Shown: piece by piece, positions 29,710 through 38,683 of the stretch
Layout: each line of letters opens with the position of its first letter
How positions within the stretch are numbered: position 1 is the stretch's first letter
Assembly: GCA_964387845.1 (NCBI GenBank)
Contig: CAYLXA010000003.1
Coordinates: forward strand, 164,089 to 228,088
Direction of reading: 5' to 3'
DNA: 64,000 nucleotides
Origin: an uncultured bacterium
GTDB taxonomy: Bacteria > Omnitrophota > Omnitrophia > Omnitrophales > Abzuiibacteriaceae
The notes under the pieces: model-generated
The model's input: the letters and a program-made list of their open reading frames with translations, nothing else
Told to the model about the DNA's origin: nothing
The model's database searches: none
Position numbers and translations under genes: made by a program

Positions 29710-30420
29710 ATGAATTTACTCGAAGTCTCGGACTTGCACTCGGGTTACGGAAAAATCGAAATCCTGAAAGGAATCGACATTCAGGTTCCGATCGGTAAAA
29801 TCGTGTCTTTGATCGGTTCTAACGGCGCCGGCAAATCGACTTTTCTGATGACACTCTCGGGAATTGTGAAAACCCGGAAGGGGAAAATTAAATTCGGCGG
29901 AAAAATAATTCATGATCTCGCGCCGGATGAAATCGTAAAGCTCGGCGTTACACAGGTTCCGGAAGGCCGGCGGATTTTTCCGCGTTTGACGGTCGAAGAA
30001 AATCTCGACATGGGCGCTTATACACGCCGCGGCCCCTGCGACCTCAAAAAAGAATGCGATGAAATCTTCGGCCTTTTCCCGATATTAAAGGAACGTTTGA
30101 AATCTTTGGCCGGAAACTTAAGCGGCGGCGAGCAGCAAATGCTGGCGATGGGAAGGGCTTTAATGGCCCATCCGAAATTTTTGCTGCTGGATGAGCCCAG
30201 CCTCGGCCTTGCGCCGAAAATGGCCGAGCTTATTTTTTCGCTCATTAAGAAAATTAATAAAAAAGGAATTACTATTTTGCTTGTAGAGCAAAATGCCTGG
30301 AAAGCGCTCGAACTTGCCGATTACGCTTATGTGATCGAAGGCGGCAAGATCCAGATGGAGGGTGAAGGCGAAAAGCTTCTCAAAGACCCGACCGTTAAGA
30401 GCAGTTACTTAGGAGAATGA
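29710..30420 (+). CDS. livF: Branched-chain amino acid ABC transporter ATP-binding protein LivF
   Basis: GSNGAGKST, LSGGEQQMLAMGRAL and LLLDEPSLGLAP. Confidence 0.9.
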   Translation: MNLLEVSDLHSGYGKIEILKGIDIQVPIGKIVSLIGSNGAGKSTFLMTLSGIVKTRKGKIKFGGKIIHDLAPDEIVKLGVTQVPEGRRIFPRLTVEENLDMGAYTRRGPCDLKKECDEIFGLFPILKERLKSLAGNLSGGEQQMLAMGRALMAHPKFLLLDEPSLGLAPKMAELIFSLIKKINKKGITILLVEQNAWKALELADYAYVIEGGKIQMEGEGEKLLKDPTVKSSYLGE

Positions 30421-30459
30421 GTTTTAGGTTTTTAACCGATTTACCTATATAATACACAA

Positions 30460-31725
30460 ATGACCTCACACGCAGAAAGTACGCCATCGGGTTTTTACGG
30501 TCTCGGTATTGCTCCCAAGATTTTGGAAATCCTGGACAAAATGAAATTTGTAACGCCGACGCCGATTCAGCACAAAGCGATTCCCATCGGTATCGAAGGG
30601 AAGGATATCGTCGGTATCGCACAAACCGGAACCGGAAAAACACTCGCATTTTCGATTCCCATTATTCAGCGCCTTGCGCAAAAGAAAGGCCGCGCACTGA
30701 TTTTGGTGCCGACCCGTGAACTTGCACTTCAGGTGGATGAGACCGTTCAAAAGCTGGCGCCTCATTTCAGCCTCAAATCCGCCGTTTTAATCGGCGGTGC
30801 TTCGATGCACTTGCAAATTCAGGCCTTGCGGCGGAATCCGCGCATCATCATCGCAACGCCGGGGCGTTTAATCGATCACATTGAACAGCGGACAATCATG
30901 TTGGGCGATGTGAATGTGCTCGTGCTGGATGAAGCCGACCGGATGCTCGACATGGGATTTAAGCCTCAGATTGAGCGTATTTTAAAGTCGATTCCAAAAG
31001 ACAGGCAAACCATGCTGTTTTCGGCGACGATGCCCGGTGAAATCGTGCAAATCGCAAATTCTTATATGCAGCTTCCGGTCAGGACCGAAATTGCGCCGGC
31101 CGGCACTGCTGCCGAGAAAGTTTCGCAGGAAATATTCATCGTGCGCCGCAATTCAAAGAGTGACCTCTTGCGCCGGATTTTGGATCAGTACCGCGGCACG
31201 GTTTTACTTTTTATCCGGACCAAGATCGGCGCCACACAAATTACGCGCGCCATCCGCCACATGGGCCATCATGTTGCCGAAATTCATTCCGATCGGTCAC
31301 TTGGCCAGCGCCGCGAAGCCCTGGACGGTTTTAAATCCGGCAAATACCGCATTTTAGTCGCCACCGACATTGCTGCGCGCGGGATTGACGTGACCGGAAT
31401 TGAACTGGTTCTGAACTACGATTTGCCGGAAGACGCTGAAAATTATGTGCACCGGATCGGCCGCACAGGGCGCGCAGGCTCCGAAGGTCACGCGATTTCG
31501 TTTGCAACGCCCGATCAAGGCGATGACGTTAAAAATATCGAAAAGCTGATCCGCTCCGCGATTCCTATTTCAGAACACCCCGAGTTTCCTCCCGAAACTT
31601 TTTCTGATCTACCAGTTGCCAAAAGCCATCACCGCGGCCGTAGACCAGGCGGACATGGCGGCGGAAGGCCGTTTGGAAAACCGCACGGCGGCGGCAACCG
31701 ATTTGGACGCAGACGTTTTCGCTAA
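30460..31725 (+). CDS. rhlE: DEAD-box ATP-dependent RNA helicase (RhlE-like) with a Gly/Arg-rich tail
   Basis: Q-motif, AQTGTGKT, DEAD, SAT and HRIGRTGRAG. The C-terminus is HHRGRRPGGHGGGRPFGKPHGGGNRFGRRRFR. Confidence 0.9.
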   Translation: MTSHAESTPSGFYGLGIAPKILEILDKMKFVTPTPIQHKAIPIGIEGKDIVGIAQTGTGKTLAFSIPIIQRLAQKKGRALILVPTRELALQVDETVQKLAPHFSLKSAVLIGGASMHLQIQALRRNPRIIIATPGRLIDHIEQRTIMLGDVNVLVLDEADRMLDMGFKPQIERILKSIPKDRQTMLFSATMPGEIVQIANSYMQLPVRTEIAPAGTAAEKVSQEIFIVRRNSKSDLLRRILDQYRGTVLLFIRTKIGATQITRAIRHMGHHVAEIHSDRSLGQRREALDGFKSGKYRILVATDIAARGIDVTGIELVLNYDLPEDAENYVHRIGRTGRAGSEGHAISFATPDQGDDVKNIEKLIRSAIPISEHPEFPPETFSDLPVAKSHHRGRRPGGHGGGRPFGKPHGGGNRFGRRRFR

Positions 31726-31730
31726 TCCAC

Positions 31731-32069
31731 ATGGAAAAGAAGTACAAGCGGATGCTCGCCGGCATGGCGCGCAAATTAAAATCCAAACGTAAAAAGTCCG
31801 GCCGGGAGCCGTGGTTTCTGTATATTTTGGAGTGTAATGGCGGCACATTTTACACAGGCGTCACAAAGGACCTTGAGCGCCGTTTAAAAATGCACAACTC
31901 CGGGAAGGCATCACGTTACACCCGCGTTCATTTGCCGGTTAAACTTCTTTATCACGAAATCTGCAAAAATCGTACGGAAGCGCTTATTCGAGAGTGCGCC
32001 GTAAAAGCGCTCCCCAAATCAAAAAAAGCCGAGCTTGCGTATTCAAATCCGGCCCCAAAAGCGGTATAA
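31731..32069 (+). CDS. GIY-YIG nuclease-domain protein (UPF0213/YhbQ-like)
   Basis: WFLYILECNGGTFYTGVTKDLERRLKMHN is the GIY-YIG core. The start may lie downstream (MLAGMARKL). Confidence 0.75.
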   Translation: MEKKYKRMLAGMARKLKSKRKKSGREPWFLYILECNGGTFYTGVTKDLERRLKMHNSGKASRYTRVHLPVKLLYHEICKNRTEALIRECAVKALPKSKKAELAYSNPAPKAV

Positions 32070-32080
32070 TTCCAGTTCCT

Positions 32081-32692
32081 ATGGCAAAATCGAGTGCAAC
32101 TCCGGACATTTTCAAAATCCTGGTTTATTTTTTTCTGACGGCCAGTTTGCTCACGTATTTTATCCCCGCGTTTAAAGTCGACATTCCGCCGTTTGGGCGC
32201 ATTAACTGGAGCGTTCATGACGTCGTGAAAATGATTCCGAAGGGAATGTTTAGCCCAAAGCAAAAAAGCGTTCCGGAAATGCAGTTTGACTTTCTGGATA
32301 TGATCAAGAAAGTGCTTCCGGAAAAGAAGCAAAAAACATTTTCTCCGGCATTTTTGGCAGGTGTTTTTATCCCGGTTGCGCTTTTAATCGCTTATGTGAC
32401 GGTTTTCTTTAATTTTTTTCTCGTACATTTGAAGAAAACCGACACACTAATTGTTTCTGCCGCGATTTCGTTTGCCGCGTCGCTTTACTCGTTGTTTGCA
32501 ACTTATTATTTAAGCGTGCAGGCAAGAATGGCGTTCCAAAATGCGCTTAATAAAGCATCAGAAGGGCTTTTTGGAATAATCGCGAAAAGTTTTGTCACGA
32601 AAAATATTGTCGAGCCCGATTCCGGATTTTACATTTTGACAGCGTTTACTTTTCTGTCACTCGTAGCAGCAATTTACAAGAAACACGCCTGA
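32081..32692 (+). CDS. Hypothetical membrane protein (4 TM; start chosen at MAKSSA)
   Basis: The ORF track starts at 31994, overlapping the GIY-YIG gene. ATG 32081 gives a 204-aa polytopic protein. The stop overlaps the next start (ATGA). Confidence 0.45.
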   Translation: MAKSSATPDIFKILVYFFLTASLLTYFIPAFKVDIPPFGRINWSVHDVVKMIPKGMFSPKQKSVPEMQFDFLDMIKKVLPEKKQKTFSPAFLAGVFIPVALLIAYVTVFFNFFLVHLKKTDTLIVSAAISFAASLYSLFATYYLSVQARMAFQNALNKASEGLFGIIAKSFVTKNIVEPDSGFYILTAFTFLSLVAAIYKKHA

Positions 32693-33024
32693 TGACATTT
32701 GCCGAGCTGATCGAAGAAATCAAAAAAGAATCGTTTGAAGAGCTGCGCCACGAGTCTGATTCGGGGATAGAATTTGTCGTCCGGAATGAAAAATTAATCA
32801 AGCTTGACCCGACGCTTCAAAAATTTTTCGGCCCGGCAACGAAACCGGCCGGCGTTAGGCCTCGAGGCGAGGAAGATGCTTTGGCGTCAAATTTCGGCGG
32901 CGTGATGAAAAATCAGACACTTTACGCCATCGCCCACGACGGCGTTTCACATTTGGCCATGATCTGGCCATGGGGCGACGGGCAGAAAGCAACCGTAAAA
33001 ATATTCAAACTGGAGCAAGCATAA
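32692..33024 (+). CDS. Hypothetical soluble acidic protein (110 aa)
   Basis: Translationally coupled to its flanking genes. Confidence 0.4.
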   Translation: MTFAELIEEIKKESFEELRHESDSGIEFVVRNEKLIKLDPTLQKFFGPATKPAGVRPRGEEDALASNFGGVMKNQTLYAIAHDGVSHLAMIWPWGDGQKATVKIFKLEQA

Positions 33025-33025
33025 A

Positions 33026-33634
33026 ATGCAGGCAGAAATTTTAAACGAAACATTGAGAGAAAAAACACTGGAAGCTGCCAAACAACACAAACTGTCTTGG
33101 ATTCAGCTCGGGCAATATTTGTACACCGTCTACAAAGATAAACATTACCGGAATTGGGGATTTTTGAATTTTGAAACTTACTGTGCAAAAGAGTTAAGGA
33201 TTAAATCGACGACCGCATCGAAACTTTTGAAGTCTTATTATTTTCTCGAAAAGCAGAAGCCGGATTTGGTAAAAGCCGATTCGGAATCAACCGCTTCGAA
33301 GCAAGCGCCTAATTTTGAATCGGTAAATATGTTCCGCCTTGCTCAAAACAATAAAAAGTTAACATCACAGGATGTCCGCGAAATCGAAAAAGCCGTTTTT
33401 GACCATGAAAGAGAGCCGAAAGAAATCCGGGCACAGATGAAAAAGCTGCTTTCCGAGCGCGACGACCGAAGCCCGAAAGAAATCAAACAAGAACGGAGAA
33501 ATTCAACGATCAAACGGTTGATTTCAACACTCATGAACGCCGAAAAAGAGCTCAAAAACGGCAATTTATTGCCCGGTTATTTGCTCGATCAAATCGGCGA
33601 CCTAGTTGTGAAGTTGGAAGATCAGCTCGAATAA
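33026..33634 (+). CDS. Hypothetical protein with N-terminal HTH-like segment and charged coiled-coil C-terminus
   Basis: WGFLNFETYCAKELRIKSTTASKLLKSY resembles an HTH (sigma-70 region-4-like pattern). The C-terminal half is KE-rich helix. Confidence 0.4.
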   Translation: MQAEILNETLREKTLEAAKQHKLSWIQLGQYLYTVYKDKHYRNWGFLNFETYCAKELRIKSTTASKLLKSYYFLEKQKPDLVKADSESTASKQAPNFESVNMFRLAQNNKKLTSQDVREIEKAVFDHEREPKEIRAQMKKLLSERDDRSPKEIKQERRNSTIKRLISTLMNAEKELKNGNLLPGYLLDQIGDLVVKLEDQLE

Positions 33635-33787
33635 AACCCCTCTTTTTTATCTGTAAATTCAGTCAAAATCTGTCAAAACAAACTTGCCGTGAGCCACTGG
33701 ACAAAGGCGGAATTAGCGTTACAATAATTGGGTTTCTCAAATAGGCGGGCTCACCCGCACATCACATTCGTGAAAAGGAGAAGTTCA

Positions 33788-34180
33788 ATGAAAAGAAATT
33801 CATTAGTTTGGTTGGTATTGGCATTGTTGGTTGTTGGCATTATTCCTACAGGTTTTGCTGCCGATGAAGCAGCGCCGGCAGCAGCAGAAGCTCCCGCCGC
33901 GGCCGCTCCCGCAGTTCCGGCAATTAAGATGGTTTCGGGAACGATCACAGAAGTGTCCGGCAATTCTCTCAAGCTTGATCAGCGCGGAACCGCAGTAAGT
34001 TTGACATTGGGCGCAGAAGCTTCGATCCGCAAGGGCGCACAGACCATAGACGCGACAAAGTTAACCGTCGGTGATCAAGTGCTTGCACTCATCAGCGGTG
34101 ATAATGAAGTAAAATCTCTCTTCGTGAAAACAGCGCCTGCCGCTGCAGCAGAAGCTCCGGCCGCACCAGCCGCGAATTAA
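33788..34180 (+). CDS. Secreted protein with Ala/Pro-rich low-complexity flanks around a small beta-rich core
   Basis: Signal peptide MKRNSLVWLVLALLVVGIIPTGFA. AAPAAAEAPAAAAP repeats occur at both ends. The ORF track starts at 33728. Confidence 0.45.
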   Translation: MKRNSLVWLVLALLVVGIIPTGFAADEAAPAAAEAPAAAAPAVPAIKMVSGTITEVSGNSLKLDQRGTAVSLTLGAEASIRKGAQTIDATKLTVGDQVLALISGDNEVKSLFVKTAPAAAAEAPAAPAAN

Positions 34181-34194
34181 TTTCTAAAATCTAC

Positions 34195-34230
34195 GTAGGG
34201 GCACGGGTTATCGTGCCCCTACTTCTTTTA
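34195..34230 (+). terminator. Intrinsic terminator
   Basis: gtaggggcac-gggttatc-gtgcccctac 10-bp stem followed by TTCTTTTA. Confidence 0.6.
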
Positions 34231-35183
34231 TGCGTTCCGAAATTAAAAACCTTCCGCCTGTTTTCCTTGAAAGATTAAAGCGCATTTTCCCGTTTTCGAA
34301 ATGGGATGAGCTTGTCAATACATTCGCTCAGGAAAAACCGACGACCTTCCGTGTTAATACGCTAAAAGCCAAATCGGCGGAAATCGAAGAGAAATTGTCC
34401 GGTTCGGGATTTCAGATTCACCGCATATCTTGGTATCCGGATGCGTTTCTCATCAGAAAAGGCACGCTCCGGGATTTGCAGGCAACCGATTTTTACAAAA
34501 AAGGCGAAATCTATGTCCAAAGCCTGCCAAGCATGATTCCGCCGCTCGTGCTTCTGCCTGCATCCGGCGATTATGTACTGGACTTGACGGCTGCGCCCGG
34601 TAGTAAAACAACACAAATGGCTTGCCTGATGAACGGGGAAGGAAAAATTCTGGCGAATGACAACAACAAACCGCGCTTCTTTAGATTAAAAAGCAATGTT
34701 GAATTACAAGGCGCCCCCAATATTGAACTCTCGCTTCATTACGGTGAAACATTCGGCAAAAAATTTCCGGAAACTTTCGATAAAATTTTATTGGATGCGC
34801 CTTGTAGCGCTGAAGGCCGTTTTGAGGCGTCCGAACCTTCTTCGTTTGGTTACTGGAAACCGTCAAAAGTTTATGAAATGGCAAAGAAGCAAAAGAAGCT
34901 CTTGTTTTCGGCGCTTCATGCGTTGAAGCCCGGCGGCACGCTTGTTTATTCAACTTGCACATATGCACCGGAAGAAAACGAAGGCGTTCTCAATTGGGCA
35001 CTCCAGAAATTCGGCGATGCGGTCAAAGTAGAACCGGTTTCGGTTCAACTTCCTAATCAGATGTCCGGAATTACGTCATGGGAAAAGGAGAGTTTTAATC
35101 CTGCGGTTAAGAAGGCGGTCCGGATTTTACCCAATCAACAAATGGAAGGTTTTTTTATAGCGAAACTTTCGCGTTCAGCGTAA
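34230..35183 (+). CDS. RsmB/RsmF (NOP2/Sun) family rRNA cytosine-C5 methyltransferase
   Basis: DLTAAPGSKTTQMA (SAM motif I), LLDAPCSAEG (motif IV, catalytic Cys) and TCT. The ATG overlaps the terminator T-run and there is no SD sequence. Confidence 0.8.
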   Translation: MRSEIKNLPPVFLERLKRIFPFSKWDELVNTFAQEKPTTFRVNTLKAKSAEIEEKLSGSGFQIHRISWYPDAFLIRKGTLRDLQATDFYKKGEIYVQSLPSMIPPLVLLPASGDYVLDLTAAPGSKTTQMACLMNGEGKILANDNNKPRFFRLKSNVELQGAPNIELSLHYGETFGKKFPETFDKILLDAPCSAEGRFEASEPSSFGYWKPSKVYEMAKKQKKLLFSALHALKPGGTLVYSTCTYAPEENEGVLNWALQKFGDAVKVEPVSVQLPNQMSGITSWEKESFNPAVKKAVRILPNQQMEGFFIAKLSRSA

Positions 35184-35187
35184 TCAA

Positions 35188-35556
35188 TTACGAGATCGGT
35201 GGCTCTTGGAACATGTGTGTTCCGCCTTCCGGGAGTTTGACGTCGAGCGACGAAAACGGGAAAGTCGCCAAATGAATGAAGCCGCCGGCCGTATCCGCAA
35301 GTCCGTACCACAATCCAACCACGGCACCTTCAATGATGTTTTTGCCGTTCATTCCGGCGGTGTAAGGATGGTAAATCAATTCCGACCAGCCGAGCAGAGC
35401 ATTTTTCGCGCCGAAGCCGAGTTTTCCGATAATACGTTCTGCACGGGTTTCTCTTTCGGTCCAATGGCTGGCTTCATATCTTCCGAGCTCTTCCGCGAAC
35501 AAAGGAGCGCTTAACAGCATCAAGCTTACCGTTAAAATAGTAATTTTTTGTAACAC
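35188..35556 (-). CDS. Small secreted protein, paralog A (possibly TIGR04073-like exosortase-system-associated family)
   Basis: Signal peptide MLQKITILTVSLMLLSAPLFA. Conserved GKLGFGAKNALLGWSEL...GLADTAGGFIHLATFP...LPEGG block shared with 36533-36901. Confidence 0.5.
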   Translation of the reverse strand: MLQKITILTVSLMLLSAPLFAEELGRYEASHWTERETRAERIIGKLGFGAKNALLGWSELIYHPYTAGMNGKNIIEGAVVGLWYGLADTAGGFIHLATFPFSSLDVKLPEGGTHMFQEPPIS

Positions 35557-35651
35557 ATTGGCCTCCTGGCTTTGATGCTACTAATATCGGCTCCGGCGGA
35601 AATTTTCTTCTCCAGAATTTTCAGAAAAATAGGTATACTACCCCTTAAATC

Positions 35652-36536
35652 ATGCGCCTCAGTGAACTCTACAGATCCAAAAGAATCGATGTTTCCATCG
35701 AGCTTTTTCCTCCCAGAACAGAAGAAGCATCCAAAGACATGTTTCAGGCTGTTCAAGATTTGAGACAGTTTGACCCTGCATTTTTTTCCATGACCTACGG
35801 CGCTTCAGGCTCGACACGCGACCTGACGCTCGGATTGGTTGACAGACTTAAAAACGAAGTCGGCGTCGAAACCATGTGTCATTTGACAGTGGTAGGCCAA
35901 TCCAAGACTGAAATCCAGTCGGTGCTTAAATTCCTGAAAGAGAAGGGAATCTACAACATTATTGCGCTTCGCGGCGATCCGCCGAAAGATACGAAAGAAT
36001 TTAAGCCGCATCCGGACGGTTTTCGTTATGCCATAGAGCTTGTGAAGGAAGCTAAAAAGGAAAATTGTTTTTCCATTGCAGTCGCCGGATTCCCGGAAAT
36101 GCATCCGGATTCTCTAAATCGCGATTCTGACATTCAACATTTAAAACAAAAAGTAGATGCCGGAGCCGACGTTATAATTACCCAACTTTTCTTTGATAAT
36201 CATTATTTCTTTGAATATTTGGAATATGTCCGTAAGGCGGGCATTAATGTCCCCGTGATTCCGGGAATTTTGCCGATTCTTTCCGCTCAGCAGGTCCGCC
36301 GTTTTACGGCGCTGTGTAAATCCAAAATTCCGCCGGATGTGGACCGCGAGCTTCATAAATATGAAAATGATGCGGAATCGTGCGCGAAATACGGAATCGA
36401 ATTGGCAAGCCGGCAATGCGAGGGGCTGATCAGGGCCGGGGTGCCGGGCCTTCATTTTTATTGTTTGAATCGGTCGAAATCGGTCAAAACAGTTTTAGAA
36501 CAGTTGAAATTGAAAGACAGGACAAGAGCAGTTTAA
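35652..36536 (+). CDS. metF: 5,10-methylenetetrahydrofolate reductase
   Basis: SIELFPPRTEEA, FFSMTYGASGSTRD and GIPGIMPI-like motifs. 294 aa. Confidence 0.9.
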   Translation: MRLSELYRSKRIDVSIELFPPRTEEASKDMFQAVQDLRQFDPAFFSMTYGASGSTRDLTLGLVDRLKNEVGVETMCHLTVVGQSKTEIQSVLKFLKEKGIYNIIALRGDPPKDTKEFKPHPDGFRYAIELVKEAKKENCFSIAVAGFPEMHPDSLNRDSDIQHLKQKVDAGADVIITQLFFDNHYFFEYLEYVRKAGINVPVIPGILPILSAQQVRRFTALCKSKIPPDVDRELHKYENDAESCAKYGIELASRQCEGLIRAGVPGLHFYCLNRSKSVKTVLEQLKLKDRTRAV

Positions 36537-36901
36537 AATTCGTGATGTTCGATGCCGCCCTCGGGAAGCGGAATCGAAAGAACGGTGACGGGGAAAGTAA
36601 CGGCGTTTAAGAATCCGCCGGCCGTATCGGCGAAACCGAACAATATGCCTTTTCCGATTCCGAGTAAAATGTTTTCATCGGTCATGAATGATTCGTACGG
36701 CTCGGTTGCAAGCTCGGTCCATCCGAGAAAAAAATTCCAGACGCCGAAGTTAAGTTTTCCGAACACGCGGTCAATATAGAGCTTTTCTTTTTTCCATTCG
36801 GATGGGCGGTAATCAGTTTCTTCGGCGGCTAGGACCGGTGAAGCAATAAGCAGCGCGATAAACACAAAAGCAGCGGATAATTTCAAGATTTTGGCTGACA
36901 T
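36533..36901 (-). CDS. Small secreted protein, paralog B of 35188-35556
   Basis: I set the start at MSAKILKLSAAFVFIALLIASPVLA (ATG 36901). The ORF track extends to 37072, overlapping the glpK start. GKLNFGVWNFFLGWTEL...GFADTAGGFLNAVTFP...LPEGG block. Confidence 0.5.
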   Translation of the reverse strand: MSAKILKLSAAFVFIALLIASPVLAAEETDYRPSEWKKEKLYIDRVFGKLNFGVWNFFLGWTELATEPYESFMTDENILLGIGKGILFGFADTAGGFLNAVTFPVTVLSIPLPEGGIEHHEF

Positions 36902-36922
36902 GGGTGCTATTATAACGCAAGC

Positions 36923-38416
36923 TTGAGCAAAGTCATGGAAAAATATATCCTCGCACTTGATTTGGGAACGACCGGCAACCGGGCGATTCTTTTTGATAAA
37001 AATCAAAGAGTCGTTCACAAAGCCTACCGCGAATTTACCCAATATTTTCCAAAGCCGGGCTGGGTTGAGCATGATCCCGAAGAAATTTGGCGTTCAACGC
37101 TGGGCGTTATGAAGCAGGTGTTATCCCGCATTAATTCCTCTCAAATTGCTGCGATTGGAATCACCAATCAGCGCGAAACCGCGGTCGTTTGGAATAAAAA
37201 AACCGGCAAACCCGTCATGAATGCGATTGTCTGGCAATGCCGCAGAACGCAGTCCGAGTGCGATGCGCTCAGAAAGCGCGGGCTTTCGAAATTGATTAAA
37301 TCACGAAGCGGCCTCACGATCGATCCGTATTTTTCCGCATCAAAAGTGAAATGGATTTTGGATCATGTCAAAAGCGCAAAAGCGCGCGCCAAACGCGGCG
37401 AACTTTTGTTTGGAACCGTTGATTCGTGGATCATTTGGAAATTGACCGGCGGAAAAGTGCACGCGACGGATTATTCAAATGCTTCGCGGACCATGCTTCT
37501 CAATATTAAAACGCTGAAATGGGACAAAAAGCTTTGCGCCATATTCGGTGTTCCGGTCAAAATGCTTCCGAAATTGGCTGATTCGAGCGGTTTAATCGGA
37601 AAAACATCAAGCCGCGTGCTCGGCCGTGAAATCCCGATTACGGGTGTTGCCGGCGACCAGCAGGCGGCAATGTTCGCGCAAGGCTGTTTTATGCCCGGTA
37701 TCGTCAAAAATACTTACGGAACGGGGCTTTTTCTTCAAGTCAACACGAAGAAAAAAATTCCGGTTTCGAAAAATCTTCTCAATACCATTGCATGGAAAAT
37801 CGGAAAAGAAGTCGACTACGCACTCGAAGGCAGTATTTTTATCGGCGGCGCGGCGCTTCAATGGCTGCGTGACGGGCTTCAAATCATTAAGAAGGCAAGT
37901 GACGCCGATAAAATGGCTGAGGCACTCAAAGAAAACGACGGCATTTATTTTGTGCCCGCATTGGTCGGGCTGGGTGCGCCCTATTGGGATTCTTCGGCAA
38001 GAGGTGTTATCATTGGTATTACGCGCGGCACGCGGCGGGAGCATATTGCGCGCGCGGCGCTTGAATCGATTGCTTATCAAACGAAAGACGTTATTATCGC
38101 AATGGAGCGTGATTTGAAGAAATCGATCAAAAAACTGCAAGTTGACGGCGGCGCTGCGGCGAGTAATTTTTTAATGCAGTTTCAAAGCGATATTTTGAAC
38201 TGTCAAGTTGAACGACCTTCGGTGTTGGAAACAACAGCGCTCGGAGCAGCCGGGCTTGCGGGAATAGCGGTTCATTTCTGGAAAAATAGAAACGAATTTA
38301 TCCGGAAGAGGTCGGTTGACCGCGTGTTTCATCCGAAGATGAATTCCGGAACACGAAATCATCTTTATTCACAATGGAAAATAGCAGTGGAACGTTCAAA
38401 AAGGTGGGCTTTATAA
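36923..38416 (+). CDS. glpK: Glycerol kinase
   Basis: YILALDLGTTGNRAILFD...GWVEHDPEEIW and FGTVDSWIIWKLTGG. 497 aa. Confidence 0.92.
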   Translation: MSKVMEKYILALDLGTTGNRAILFDKNQRVVHKAYREFTQYFPKPGWVEHDPEEIWRSTLGVMKQVLSRINSSQIAAIGITNQRETAVVWNKKTGKPVMNAIVWQCRRTQSECDALRKRGLSKLIKSRSGLTIDPYFSASKVKWILDHVKSAKARAKRGELLFGTVDSWIIWKLTGGKVHATDYSNASRTMLLNIKTLKWDKKLCAIFGVPVKMLPKLADSSGLIGKTSSRVLGREIPITGVAGDQQAAMFAQGCFMPGIVKNTYGTGLFLQVNTKKKIPVSKNLLNTIAWKIGKEVDYALEGSIFIGGAALQWLRDGLQIIKKASDADKMAEALKENDGIYFVPALVGLGAPYWDSSARGVIIGITRGTRREHIARAALESIAYQTKDVIIAMERDLKKSIKKLQVDGGAAASNFLMQFQSDILNCQVERPSVLETTALGAAGLAGIAVHFWKNRNEFIRKRSVDRVFHPKMNSGTRNHLYSQWKIAVERSKRWAL

Positions 38417-38417
38417 A

Positions 38418-38681
38418 ATGACAGCACCGAAAGTAGTTGTTTATACGAAAAAACATTGCCCTTATTGCGAAGCAGCGAAGCGGCTGCTTGCCGAAAAAAA
38501 AGTTCAGTTTCAGGAGATTAGTATCGAAGGTAATGAGAAATTACGAAACGAAATTGCCGCAAAATCCGGCCAGCAGACTGTCCCGCAAATTTTTGTAAAT
38601 GAAAAACCTCTAGGCGGCTTCCAGGATATTTCCGAACTCGATCAACGCGGCGAATTGGATAAAATTTTGGGTACCAAATAA
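38418..38681 (+). CDS. grxC: Glutaredoxin (Grx3-like)
   Basis: CPYC active site, TVPQIF and GGFQD(I) motifs. Confidence 0.85.
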   Translation: MTAPKVVVYTKKHCPYCEAAKRLLAEKKVQFQEISIEGNEKLRNEIAAKSGQQTVPQIFVNEKPLGGFQDISELDQRGELDKILGTK

Positions 38682-38683
38682 TC

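Noticed and set aside
31994-32080. Upstream extension of the membrane-protein ORF into the GIY-YIG gene
   Set aside because: It would overlap the GIY-YIG CDS by 76 nt in another frame. An internal ATG at 32081 (MAKSSA…) gives a clean non-overlapping start.
37607-38140. 177-aa minus and 163-aa plus ORFs inside glpK
   Set aside because: Both overlap the high-confidence glpK CDS and have Arg-rich, low-complexity compositions typical of out-of-frame translations.
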